Below are positions 35,186 through 47,989 of a stretch of 64,000 bases of DNA, in pieces. Both the position numbers and the translations under genes were made by a program. The stretch lies in NCBI RefSeq assembly GCF_000315625.1, contig NW_005434648.1:596974-660973 (forward strand). The letters are read 5' to 3'. Each line of letters starts with the position of its first letter. The first letter of the stretch is position 1. This DNA is from Guillardia theta CCMP2712. Lineage: Eukaryota; Protista; Cryptophyta. Under the pieces are notes generated by a model. The model worked only from the letters and a program-made list of their open reading frames with translations, was not told where the DNA came from and did not search any database.

Positions 35186-37488
35186 ATGGCAGACCAAGAC
35201 GCGGATGGGGCCATGCTGGGAGGAGGAGCAGGAGGACGAGGAGGACGAGAGGATGAGTCAGGGGTGACTGCGATGAAGATGCCGCTGACGACGATGGTGG
35301 TGGCTGGCTTCGTCCTGGGCTTGCTGATCGCGTTGCTGTGGGTGTACTTGAGTAGGGGAGAGAAGGGGAAGAAAGGGAAGAAAGACGTGGAGGTGGAGGA
35401 GGCGAGGAGCATGCTCGAGGAGATATCTCAGAGAGAGAAGGAGAAGCGCATGCAACTGGAGAAGGAGCTCGAGGCGCTTCGAGAGCTGAAGCGACGGAAA
35501 GCTGAAGAGATTGAGAACCTGAGCCGAGTGCGAGAGGAGGAGGAGATGAAGGTGAGGGAGAGGCAGGAGGAGGCGAAGTTGATCGCGGATCGGAAGAGAG
35601 ATGAGGAAAGGGAGAAGGTAGAGAGGGAGAAGCAGGAGATCAGGAAGGCCTTCGAGAAAGGTGTGCTCTGCATCTTCAAAGACATCAAAGGAGAGCATCC
35701 CGACGTGACCCTCAGGGTCCCCATGGTCGACTCCGTTGGGAATGCGACCACAGTCGAGCACATGAAGAGCAGGATCAAGGCTGTGTGGGAGGGGAGTCCG
35801 TCGGAGGAGAGGCAGAGGATCGTCCTCCATGGAAGACTGCTGGACAGCTCGGTCAAGCTCAGGGAGTTGTATCAGCAGCAGGAGAGGAGGGATCAACCGC
35901 TGGCGTTCCACGTCATTGTTGCTCTCGCAGAGCCCAAGAGGACGGGGAGGGAGACGGAGAAGGTGGCGAGGGAGGAGGGGGAGGAGAGACGGGACTCGAC
36001 CAAGGAGACGATGAAGAAACAAGTTGTCCCGGCCACGGATGCGAATGAGAAGGAGGAGGAGGAGGTTGAGCATGCATGATCTAACTGACTTGGAGCTGTC
36101 TGACGTGACTGCAATCAGGTAAAACCGCTGACAATCGTCATCAAGATTCAATCCTTAAACAAGAGCGTCAAGTTGTCGTCATCCAGACACGTAGACATCC
36201 TGACGGTCTTGCTCAACTTTCATCTTGCTATCCTTTTAGTCACGCCACCCGCACAGGTGAAGGAACAGCTGCTCTCTAAGGCATGTTTGGAGTGCCAAGT
36301 TGATGATATGAAGATTGTACACTACGGGAAAGTCTTGTCTGATAAGGTTGTCGTGCGAGAGATCTTGGAGAAAAGGTGAGTTGAGAAGAGAAGAGAATTT
36401 CAGAGGTTCTCTGACTTCAACGTTAGCTTGATTCAGAACGATCTTACTCTGTTCTGTGTGATTTCACAGCCGCAGGCACAGGTGAAGTGATTGAGAATGT
36501 TCAGGCAGTGTGTTGTGATTGAGAATGTTCAGACAGTGAGGGGCATGCCGGAAGAGATCAACGGGTTGAACTTGAACGAGCAACAACAGGCAAACGATAC
36601 GAAGAAGACGGTGAATGTTGAAGGCGGTGAAGGAACATCTCAGCGAGAGGGAAAGGATGAGATGCAAGTCGCGCGTCATGTTGACCACCGGAACTCACAT
36701 GAAGCACCCGTCGAGGAGAAGTCAACAGATGGAATGGATGTGTTTGCAGCAAGTCAAGGGATGAACGAGCATCAACAAGAACAAGCAGCAGATGAAGAAG
36801 ACGTGTTGCAAGATGCACAAGACATGTCGCAAGTGCATCAAACTGCCAGTTTGCATGAAAAAAGTTTGCTACACAGCATGACGTTCAAGATTCTTCAGAC
36901 CGATGTCAGCTTTGTTTGCAGCTTTCACGAAGACGATATCATTGCACATCTCAAGTCTCATCTGCTCCAACAGCAACCTGACTTGTCCAGCACCGATCTT
37001 TTCCACCTTGTCTTCAGCGGGAGAGTCCTCTCCGACGTCGATCGAGTCTCTTCCGTCATAGCGCAGAAAGCTTGTCCGATCATCTACATCGTCAAGAGGA
37101 AATCAAAACCTTCATCCTCTGCTTCCCCTTTTCCTCCCCCTCGTTCTTCTTCTCCTGCATCTCTACATGATCAGACATCGTCTCTCTCATATCTTCCTCC
37201 TCCTGCAGACTCGTGTGAACAGGTCGAAATTGTCGACGATGAGACAGTCAACAACCTCGCGGACTCACGAGAGAAGGAGGCCGAGCAACGTTCAACCTGT
37301 GACATGAAAACGATTGAGGAAACTGGTGGCAATGTTGAACATGAAAAGAAAGAGCCTTCGGGGCAACAGCAGCAGAAGGCGGAGCTACAGGGGGCGTTGC
37401 AGGAGGAGGTTAAGCAACAGCAGAACCATTCGGAGCAGCAGCAGCAGCAGCAGCAACAGGCTGCACAGCAGCAGCAGCAGCAGGCGGT

Positions 37489-37529
<41 letters not shown>

Positions 37530-37558
37530 CGGTACAGCAGGAGCAACACAACCATTTT

Positions 37559-37623
<65 letters not shown>

Positions 37624-38339
37624 GCAGAACTCAACCATTGTTTCGGTTCAGTTTGAGGGCACAGACAAGGGTCAGCTCTCCGTCCTTGTTCCCCTTCCTC
37701 TGCAATCTCGCACCGCCGACCTCCTCGCTGCTCTTCTCTCCTCATCTCCTTCCCACCTACGGCAGAGGATCACAGGGATACAGTATGGAGGGCGTGACCT
37801 TGACGCGGATGATACCTTGGAAGAGATTTGCTCCCTCCTCCAGCCTGACTCAAGGTTGAATCATCTCTTCTTCCCTTGTTTTATCTCCTCCCTCCTCCTC
37901 CCTTGTCGACCCCCTCCATCTCCATCGCCTCCCTCCTCCATCGCCTCCCTCCTCCATCTCCATCGCCTCCCTCCTCCATCTCCATCGCCTCCCTCCTCCA
38001 TCGCCTCCCTCCTCCATCGCCTCCCTCCTCCATCTCCATCGCCTCCCTCCTCCCTCCTCCATCGCCTCCCTCCTCCTCCTTCCGTCTTTCACCACTCACC
38101 TTTCACCTCTCTTCCTGCTCTTTCCACATTTTGAATTTCCCTTCTCCCTTCTCTTCTACATCGCACGAGAACGTTCTGCCTTCTTTGTCTTCGTTCCTTA
38201 TCCCTCCACGACAGGAACAACATCTTGAATAGGGTTCGTCCTATCCGTCTCAAGGTTCTGCTCCGTGAGGAAATCACTCAGGAAGCAAGCAGGCGAGAAG
38301 AGAAGGAGGAGAAGGAGAAGGAGGAGAAGAAGAAGAGAA

Positions 38340-38390
<51 letters not shown>

Positions 38391-39137
38391 TGGGAAGAGA
38401 GGACGAGGAGGAGAAGCTGGAGCGGGAGGTCGAGGGAAGCGAGAGAGCTGTCAATCTTGTCAAAGTAATCGACCTCTGGGGCGGACGGCCTGACATGATG
38501 CTCGAGATCCCGCGGAATTCTTCTGTCAGTGAGCTCAAGTGCAAGCTAGGTCTCGCCTCCTCTTCCTCCTCCTCCCTACTCCTCCTCCTCCCTACTCTTC
38601 CTCCCTCCTCCCTCCGCCTCCTCCCTACTCCTCCTCCCTACTCTTCCTCCCTCCTCCCTCCGCCTCCTCCCTCCTTCTTCTCCCTACTCCCCTTCCTTTC
38701 CCCCCCTCCCACCTCCACCTCCTCCCACCTCCCTCCTCTTCCCTCCTCCAGTACCGCTTCCTCCTCAACTTCTTGTTCATGCTGCTCTCACCTGCCTATC
38801 TCCATCTCTTTCTCCTTTGCTTTTCCTCCTCTTCTTCACACAGCATTTTGCAGCCCTCCAGTACCAAGACTGTCCTCCTCCAAGCAGCCAGGTCATCGTG
38901 GTGGATGGAACAGAAGTGGAGGTAAGCGAGAGGCCTTCTGGGGGAGGGATAGCAGGGGCTGAAGGAGAGGGCGGGAGAACGCGAGGGCGGAAAGGGGTTG
39001 TTGAGGGATTGGAGGAGGATAGCATGGGGACTTTACAACTGAAGGAAACGCAGGAGGACAGGAAATTGAGGAGAATTCTCAAGGAGAAGAAGGAATACGT
39101 GACGGAGATGTACATCATGATCAACCAAACGCACTAG
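35186..39137 (+). CDS. N-terminally membrane-anchored protein with 4-5 ubiquitin-like domains and poly-Q, multi-exon
   Basis: TM segment MVVAGFVLGLLIALLWVYL, then coiled coil. UBL signatures: TVEHMKSRI...PSEERQRIVLHGRLLD; VKEQLL...MKIVHYGKVLSD; IIAHLKSHL...HLVFSGRVLSD; IQYGGRDLDADDTL; SVSELKCKL. Confidence 0.75.
37433..37622 (+). repeat. Interrupted (CAG)n repeat encoding poly-Q
   Basis: Directly visible inside the open exon 36491-37853. Confidence 0.9.
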
Positions 39138-39299
39138 AAGATTGGATGAGGCGACGACAGTCGAGTAGATTTCATTTCAAACATACATATTATACAGTAC
39201 AACAGGACCAGGAACTGCATCTCAAGGAGACAGTCTGACTAGAAGCAAGTCAGGCATGGGAGACAAGATCTTCAGACCCGAACAAGTCAGACTCTGTTC

Positions 39300-40480
39300 G
39301 CGTTGCCTCGCCAAATCTCAAGATTTCTCTCCTCCTTGTTCTCTTCGAATCTCTGGACCAAAGTTACACCTTCCCTTCCCCCCCTTATCTTTCACCTCAG
39401 CCGCACAACCACTAGCAGCATGCAGCCGGCAAGCAGGACTGAGGTCAGGGTGACAAGAGCACGACTGTCTGTTGAAGTCGATGGGAGCAAACTGCCAATT
39501 TGATCACCTAGGATCGAGTCGACATCATGTCAACCTGAACGCTCTTGCCTCTCTCAAGTCAAGTTTCGAGAGTTCACGGTTGAGATCGAGAACTTGTCTA
39601 GCGGACTTGACACTCTCTCTGTGAGGTGATCAGCATATCGCACTACGATCAGAACGCCAGTCTTGCCTTCCTCGTCTTCCTTGGACTCGTTGATTCAACC
39701 TGCGGGAACAATCAGCATGAGGCATCGACATACTGCCCAACTTACTTCTCCCGCTGCTCGACGGAGAGTGACAACAACCTACAACCGAACACCGTTCAAA
39801 AGACGAATAACTCTGTTAACATCACCTTTGCACCTCCTTGGCATAGTATGGATACGTGGAGGCAGGCAAGCCGGGTCGAAGGTCGTTGACGAGGCTGGAG
39901 TGAACCCATCACTCTTGCAAGAGGAGGAGAAAGTCGCACGGGATCAAGCTCTTCTGCAAGGCATCCTTGTATGCCTCGTTCAGCTTCTCGTCGTCTAGGC
40001 TGAATGTCTCCCCTCAACGTCGATCGACAGGCGCGTCCAGTTCCTCCTTACCTCAGCCCTCCGAGAGCGATCGACACGTTCCATCGCTGCCTCAACAGCA
40101 TGTACTCCTCTCGCGCCTTGTCCAGCTCCCGATCTGTGCGTGCATGACGTCAAAGATTTCGCATGGAAGTGCTCGGCTCGACCGATCTTCTCAAGATCCT
40201 TGCTTGTATAGACCGACGACGTTCCCTGTAGCCGCCCTCCGAGAACCGGCTGCTCAATAGCGTCACTTCACTCTTGGAGAACCTCTTCTTCAGAGCTCAT
40301 CACCGGCGACCAGACGAGGGCACGGAAGTAGTCTTGGACGTACTTGCTCTCCGGTTGCCCTCCGGGGTCCGAAGTCCCTCCCAGCGGCAGCATCGCCCCT
40401 GAAGTCAACAAGACTCAAGTCAAACGATCAGATGGGGATCGCTGCTGTTGAAACACAGCAACAGTGAAAGATGGATGGCA
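39300..40480 (-). CDS. Hypothetical protein, multi-exon
   Basis: Minus-strand exon-like blocks bounded by GT..AG (PESKYVQDYFRALVW; DRELDKAREEYMLLRQRW; LDDEKLNEAYKDALQKSL; ESVKSARQVLDLNRELSKLDL). Boundaries are uncertain. Confidence 0.45.
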
Positions 40481-42791
40481 TCTATTGGGCGAATTTCGTT
40501 CATGATCAGGTATGAAGATGAACTTAGGTGCTCATGGTAGAGTTGAGATGGAGGACAGTGGTTGAGACAACTGTGAGTGGATTATACCAAGATAGCAGAC
40601 AAGGATCATGAGAGAGGAGGTGCTGTCACAAGTTGACGATGGTAGTGAACTTCCGAAGGAGTTGATGATGGCAGTGAGAGAGAGGAGGGAGGAGGTATGG
40701 TCTTACACAAGAGAACTGCAGACATCTTCCATCGCTCCCTCTCCCGACTCATCGCGCTGCTCCTACTAGGCCGCAGTCCGCTAAATCCAGGTGACTTGAT
40801 GTTCAACCGTTGTAACCGTACAGTTACTAAGTAACCGTCATAACGTTGGGAACATTCAAACATCACGAGTGGTCTTTGTAATTGTTTTGGAAGTTTCATT
40901 CTCACAGTCACGCTGATGGGTATTTGCTAAAATTGTACTTTTAGGTTTTAACAAGTCATTCTAGTGGAGACCACCTAGGAGTGACGGGGCAGAACAGTCG
41001 TTGGAGAAACGAGCTAAACATCCCCAGTAAATTTCAATAATTTAGGGAACATCTCGATGTTTGGAGGAAATTTTGAAAGTTTTATAGCTGAAAATTTGTG
41101 TAGTAAACTTCCAACCTGTCACGAGGTTTTCGTTGTAACTCCGGTAAATAAGTTATGTACAACTTTTAAACTTTTATATTGTGTTTTAACCTAATATGCT
41201 GACATCTGCTCTCTATCCACAGGGTCCGTGAGACGATCGCGGATACCACCCTCTCCATACCAGCATCCTCCGCCCTTTTAGCATGGTCACCAAATACCCC
41301 TCCCCTGCCCCATCATCCAGTAAATTCCCCATCCTTGACTAATGACCCCCTTGTCTTACGTTGTGATAAAGACTACCCCTCTGTGAGGCCAGATTGAGAC
41401 GTCAAATTTAGGTGCAGATGGAGGAAATTCGTACCCCACCCTCAATCATTCCCCCTTTCTGGACCACTACCCCCTTCATTTCTGGTTTCCTGGTGACACC
41501 CCCTGCAGGGATCTATGACACCACCTACCCCACCCGCATTAAACCTCTTTCCACCCCCTTGACCAATCATCCGCCCTTTCCGCTGGATCCCTCCGTCATA
41601 TAAAAGTGACTTGCCTGCAACATCAGCATCCCCCCCACTGCTGATTCCTCTGCTGACACTGTCCCGCTTCCACTAATTCCTCCATCCATCCATCGTGTGC
41701 ACCATTGAACCTTCGCGACTCTCTTCTCCTCACGTTTCGATCCTCCTTCTCTCTGATCCTCTGGGCTGTCAACTTTCTCGACACTTGAAACCTTTCCTGC
41801 CTGATTCGAGTTGGAATCAGTCAGATTCAGCAGCCAGTTTCTGATCTTAAAGGATCCAGCTCTTTTCTCCTTCGCCAAAGCTCATCCTTCTCTTGTTTAC
41901 TCCTAGAATCCTTGCAATGACCCGCCTTCTGGACTACAGCTTCGCCAACGATCTTGGATTTTCGAGCATCATTTTGCCTAGTCAAAAACTGCTGTTGCAG
42001 TCACCGATGGATGAAACTGACATGGATTTTGAATACGTGGATTCGAAATCAATTGTAACAAGACAAATGCAATACAACCGCTTCATTGGAGAAATTCTTG
42101 ACAAGGAAACTTTAATTGGAGGAAGTATCAAGTCACATGAAATGCCTTGACTGCATGTACATCTTCAAGGGATTTCTGATCATGGAATGGATGGGATTTG
42201 CTGTGGATGTACAAGATGTGCAACATCACTATCATGTAATAATTAGGCTCAGATGGATTTTGTAGGGTAGCCGAGCTGCGGGCTCGATAGACATATTCAC
42301 CATTAGTTTCTTGTCAACAAATTAGTTTTTCAAATACATTGTCGTTGGCTTTGAATATCGATTCCTATTTCGATTCTGCATGATTGTCTATCACATGCTA
42401 TCTTTAATCTCCATCGCAGTCTTGTCGTGACTGGAGTCAGTCTGACGACACGATCATGCGGCTGTCGAGGGAGCATTACAGCCTACACTAGACGAGTTCT
42501 AATTAGTATGGTTCTCAGTGACTAGGCGCCCGGGCCCCGGGCTGTTAGACTCCGATGGGAAAAAAACATGACTTTTGATTCGAGGGAGGCGGAGGGAAGG
42601 GGGAGAGGGGAGGGGAGAGGAGAGAGGAGAGGAGAGGAGAGGAGAGGAGAGGAGAGGAGAGGAGATTAGAGGACAAGAGGAAAGGAGAAGGACTGCGATC
42701 CTCCAACGGCGGGCTGGGAGCATCAAACACGTAAGGTTACGAAAATAAGATAAGTGAACGATCAAGATCGACCTGTTGGAGTGGATTCAAG

Positions 42792-45013
42792 ATGCCAATG
42801 GCGGTCAACTTTCAAGTGCAAGAGAGACACAGGGAAGAGTATGGCGCAGAGGGCGAGAGCCTCACGAAGGAGCAGCGCCTTGAAAGACATTCGCTGAACA
42901 AGGACATGGTTGCTACTGCCTGTTGCTTTAGGAGAAGAGTCTTCATTGATTCCTTTTTTCAGTTGCAAACACTCGAGAAGAAGAGTAGAAGGCTGCTGGA
43001 CAGTTACATGGAAGCCAATGCGCCAATAACCTGGGTGAGGCAGGAAGGGGGTACCGTCTTTACATTGCCTGACTCGACTCTTCGTAGGGCAGCGACAGCA
43101 TGCTTCATATAGCAGCGGGCTCGAGCAATGTCAGTGACGTTCTCCATTGCATTCGGATGGGTGTGGAGGTAGACGCAAGGAACAAGGTGACTTGACGTGC
43201 AACAGCGAGTCAACAGTCCCTCCAATGACCTCTGACGCCTTCAGTTCCAAGAGACTCCGTTGCATTCAGCCGCAAAGAACGGGAACGCTGCGAATGTTGA
43301 CATCCTGATCCGAGCCAGGGCAAATGTTAACTCTAGGACCCTGGTAGGACATCAGTCCTCCTCCTCCTTCAGTCACTCCTCCCGCAGAGTGGGAAGACTG
43401 CTCTCCACGAAGCAGCTGTCAACGGCGAGAATAGGTGCATAGCAGCTCTAGCAAGACACGATGCCGATCTTGATGCCGTCGATGAGGTGCCTTGCCATGT
43501 CCCAGTGTGAGAGATCACCCAGCAGCTCTAGGACGGCTGGACTGCCTTGCATGAGGCGGTTCGGGTTGGATCCATCTACAGCGTGAAAGCGCTTATCAAC
43601 AACAGAGCTTCCGTCGACATCACCAACAACGTGAGGAGAAGGGGGAGGCGTCTCTTCCTCTGACAGCTGAATGCTGCAGGACAGCGAGACGCCGCTCATG
43701 ATGGCAACTCGTCTGGCATACGCCAACATCACACCAGTGAGCTGTTGAGGATCTCGACACCTCTCACTGATCGCCCTGACGTTGGGTGCCTTGGGTGAAC
43801 GACAACAGATCCTGCTACAGAGTAGATCGAGGGCAGTTCAATCGGTTCGAGACAAGGTGAGGTCGGTTGCTCTGCGGGTGATTCGGCTGAAACATGTCAG
43901 GATGGCAACACTCCGTTCATGGTCGCAGCGCGAGATGGTAATCCTACCATTCTCTCGATCCTCCTGAATTATGGCATGATGGACATCGATACCCGAAATT
44001 CGGTAGATGCAGCGATCCTCCTCCTCCTCCTCCTCCTCCTCCTCCTCCACCACCACCACCACCACCACCACCACTCTCCTCCACTCTCCTCCACTCTCCT
44101 CCACTCTCCTCCTGCTCCTGCTCCTCTCTCTTTCTCCTCTCTCCTCCTCCTCCTCTTGCTACTCCTCCCTCCCTCCCTCCCTCCCTCCTTCCCTCCTCTT
44201 CCTTCTCGTCGTCAACCCTCCTGCTCCTCCCTCTTTCTCCTCTCTCTTCCTCCTCTCGTTTCCTCCTCCTCCTCCTCCTCCTCCTCCTCCTCCTCCTCCT
44301 CCTCTTTGGAACTCTTTTTCCTTATTAGACAGACCCAGCATCAGCTTTAATCTTGACCCTTCCCCTTCTTGCTCCTCCCCCTCACGTCATCAAGATCGTC
44401 CTCGATCTGACTTCCATCCCTCAGCAAGGACAGACTGCTCTCCATCTGGCTGTGCTGAGAGTCAGCTGGGAATGTGTCGACCTCCTTCTCAGAGCAAGAG
44501 CGACCGTCGACATCAAGGACCTTGTGAGGCATCGACGCCACATGCGGACTCGTGATGAGGGCTGTAGGACGGAGCAACGCCCCTCTACGCGGCGCTACAC
44601 AAGTTCCTTGCTGAGGGAGACATGAACCTCAGGGTGAGGAGCAAGGAGGAGGGGAGGTGGGGAGGAGGGGAGGAGGGGAGTTGGGCTGGGATGATGTGGA
44701 AGGAAGAGGTGTAGAGTCCAGAACAGAGTCAGGAGGGAGGAGGCGATGGAATGGGGGGAGGGCTGAAAGGGAGGAGAGGATGTCTTGTTAACTCACTTGA
44801 TCCAGCCGATTGTCAAGAGACTGCTGCGGGCGAAGGCAAGGATGAGCGAGGGAGATACGGTCGTCACTGACAGCCTGCGCTGCTGCTGACGATGCGAGAA
44901 ATGCAGGACATTTTCATGAAAGTGATTGCAATGATGAAGATCAGGGTATGAGCAGGAACAAAGTGAGAATTGCTGACGCTCAGATTTGTGCAGATTCGCA
45001 TGAAGAAATCTAG
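42792..45013 (+). CDS. Ankyrin-repeat protein, multi-exon
   Basis: Exons encode ETPLHSAAKNGN, GKTALHEAAVNG, GWTALHEAVRVG, ETPLMMA, GNTPFMVAARDG, GQTALHLAVLR and GATPLYAA, with roughly one repeat per exon. Confidence 0.88.
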
Positions 45014-45211
45014 CAAATGCAACATCTCATAGGAATCAACTCATCCCATGATACTGTAGGATGTCACTACTCCCTCTTGTAGCGCCCTGAACAACTGTTG
45101 ACCTGCAATGAAACCGCACAACCATTCTCGGCGTGACAGTAGTTCCCAGAAAAGGATTTAATCTAAAGAATAGCTTCTCCCCAACACCCCCATCTTCTCC
45201 TGCAGCATGCC

Positions 45212-47329
45212 CTAGATCGCACACAGTCTACTTGTATGCAACTTCCTCAAAAGTCTCCTCCTGTGATACTTGTTCTTCATGCCGAAGTCGTTGAGAAGAT
45301 CGTGCTCATTCAGCTCCATGAGCATCTCCCCATCGATCCTGTTCTGCTTGAAAGCATCGCAGTATTCTTTCAGTTCCAGCTCTACAGGACAAATTTCAGA
45401 TATGCGCACAAATGAGAAATAAAAATCTTCCTCACCTGCGAGCCAATTGACAACTTCTTCCACGGAGAAGCTCTCAACCCCTTTCGAGGAGAAAGCAGGA
45501 GCTTCTGATGACCCGGACGACGGAGAGGCCTGACCTCTTTCTGACAGCACAGACTCCGACGAGGTCGAATGGCTCGCCAGGACTGTCGAGCGATGAGACA
45601 GAGACTGAGTTGAAGAGCTGCTCCCTCCGGACAGCCGCTTCGAAACCGTCTCGTTCATCTCCTGTGGTCGGTTCATCGCCGATTTCTTCGCTCGCTGGTC
45701 CGAAGTCTGCATGAAGTGAAGAGAGAAACATCCCCTGGCATTCGAGCTCTTCACCGAGAAGCCTCCGACATTCGCGCACGTCCGCATCGCCTTCGGCTCA
45801 GGCACCCGCCTCTCCGAGGCAGGCTCGCCATTCCTTGACTTCTGCTCCACCTCGACTGTTGGTGGATCCTCACGCCCGCGTCTCCCACAGTCTGAGGACT
45901 CGGCAACCTGTTCATCGCAGGCATCCCCCAACGGAAGTTGCTGCCTCGCCAGAAAGACATGATAGGCGCTGACTTCGTCTGCACAAGACTCTATGTCCTC
46001 ACTGTCGTAGTCTGTGACGAAAGCTCTCTCAAACTCCAACCTGACCAAGGAACCTGCACGTCCCACGATCTTCTTGCGAACGTCGTCGAGAGACAATCCA
46101 TCCACCAGCTCCCCATCTACCTTGAGCAGGACATCCCCGATTTCAATCTTCCCACACTTCGAAGCTGGGCTCCCCACGACGATCTCATCAACAATGCAGA
46201 GTCCATTTTCGGGCTGGATGAAGAACAGCCCAACCCCAGCCCTCTCACTCAGCTCCATATCATTGTGCACGACGTCGTTTGCTCGTCGTCTTTGCTTGAT
46301 TTTGTCAAGAATCTCCCACTGCAAACGAAGAGTTTCCTGACAGATCCTTTCTGCTTTTGTAAGTGGTTTCCTGACCTCTCCATAGCTGTCTCTGGCATTC
46401 TCGTCACCATTCCCACTTTCTCTCGGCCTTGCCATTTGCATCTCTTCCTCCAATTCTTCTCCATTCTTGTCAGCTGAATTCCGATATCTTGAGTTGATGA
46501 ACATGTCATCCCTAGAGTATTGCATCTGCAGTGACGATCTCGGCACCCCTCGCACAATCATGGTGTTCCCCTCACGAGGTAAACTCCTCGATCTTTGCCT
46601 GCTAACCCCTGTACGAGAATGGTCAAACCTAACAGCACCTCTCCAAGGCGAAATCAAACCTGGTGAATGGACTTCCTCGCATCTCGAAACTCTCTCTTGC
46701 TCAAGGTCGAGTTCCCCATGATGATGATTGTTTGAATTCTGCTCGAGAGGCGCCTTGTCCGCATACAAGCGATGAATATGCTTGTTCACTTGTAGAAACT
46801 TGGTGAGAGCTGTACATTGCTTGTCATTGCAATGTCCCAGTACTGTGTTGATGTACGTGTGCAACCCAGTCTCTCTCGTTCTTGTCACATTCAAAAACAT
46901 AGAAAACGGAATCTTTGCGGGAAGCTCGGCCTTGACTTGGCCATATCGAGAAAGACGACTATGCAAAGTAACAAAATCATTAAACCTTCGCTTCACGTTC
47001 CAGCAGATTTCATTGTCTCCTCTCATGACGCACAACATGTTGTAAGCCTTATGTTCGCTGCCATTTTCATCTCTTTCCGTGGTTGCACGAGTACTCATCA
47101 CATGCAGAGCTCTGATCCCGTCCCCACCCGTTGGATGGGAACTTCCGCAGAGGAATACCTCTTTCGCGCCTGTCGACTGCATTGCCAGAAATCTACAAGA
47201 GGATATGAAGGTAGCTCAACAGCCTCTGACGAGACGAGAACTTTGATCACATCAGCATCACATCTGCTCCTTCGTCTTCTCTTCTTTCATCTTCTTCCTG
47301 CCCATCTTCACGGCCCTGCCTTCCACCAT
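45212..47329 (-). CDS. PX + PDZ + SAM domain protein
   Basis: PX: WNVKRRFNDFVTLHSRL...ELPAK...RETGLHTYI. PDZ: AGVGLFF...VDEIVVGSPASKCGKIEIGDVLLKVDG. SAM: FSVEEVVNWL...EYCDAFKQNRIDGEMLMEL...LLNDFGMKNKYHRRRLL. Likely 54-nt in-frame intron at 45382-45435 and a short first exon ending near 47260. Confidence 0.85.
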
Positions 47330-47359
47330 GCACAACGCGGAGTCCCGAAATAGATACAT

Positions 47360-47900
47360 CACATCCCCACCCCCTCTAGGTCATGAGTTGGAAGGGAAAC
47401 ATGGGGGTGATCAACCCCTGCGGAAGAGCACCCCCCCGTCAGTTGAACCCCTGTCTTTACTATGTTTCCACCGGTACCGAAACCCTGAAAGTACCCTACC
47501 CAGAGATCATGGAATTGATTGTACGGGGATTTGACCCTACCCTCAAGCCGACAATCACCCTACCTCCTTTTAGTTAACACCTTCTTCAAGTCACCCCTGA
47601 TCAGTACCACATACACCCACCATTTACACAGATCAATTCAAACTGATTGTACCCTACCCGTCATCTAAGTTCGATCACATCACCCCTACCCCCATTTTTC
47701 TACTCATGGGCGAAGGAAACGGTTTTAGCTCAAGGAGTTCTGATGAAGCCCGGCCAGTCCGATCACCGGGCCGAGCCGGCCCCCGGGGCCCGGTTCCGTG
47801 GATTCGGCCCACCGGGTCCCGACGTGTGAGCAGCCTAGTCACCCGGCGTCCTACTATAATCACTACTGGCCGCCGCCACCGACGGTCTGGCGGGCGGTTA
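47360..47900 (-). promoter_or_regulatory. Putative promoter module: GGCC/CCGG palindrome cluster followed by GGGGT(A) cluster
   Basis: Lies directly upstream of the ATG at 47329 and mirrors the arrangement at 9445-9760 upstream of the ATG at 9779. Function is inferred from position only. Confidence 0.4.
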
Positions 47901-47989
47901 AGAAGCCACAAATTTTTACTGAAGTATCATAATAACTGTCCGTGAGTTTGACTGTACACTGATTTACATGATCATGCTTTTGACTCGCT

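Noticed and set aside
40820-41200. AT-rich island as a MITE or Helitron
   Set aside because: No terminal inverted repeats, target-site duplication or hairpin-CTAG end could be identified.
41893-42150. 85-aa intergenic ORF
   Set aside because: No recognisable motif or supporting exon structure.
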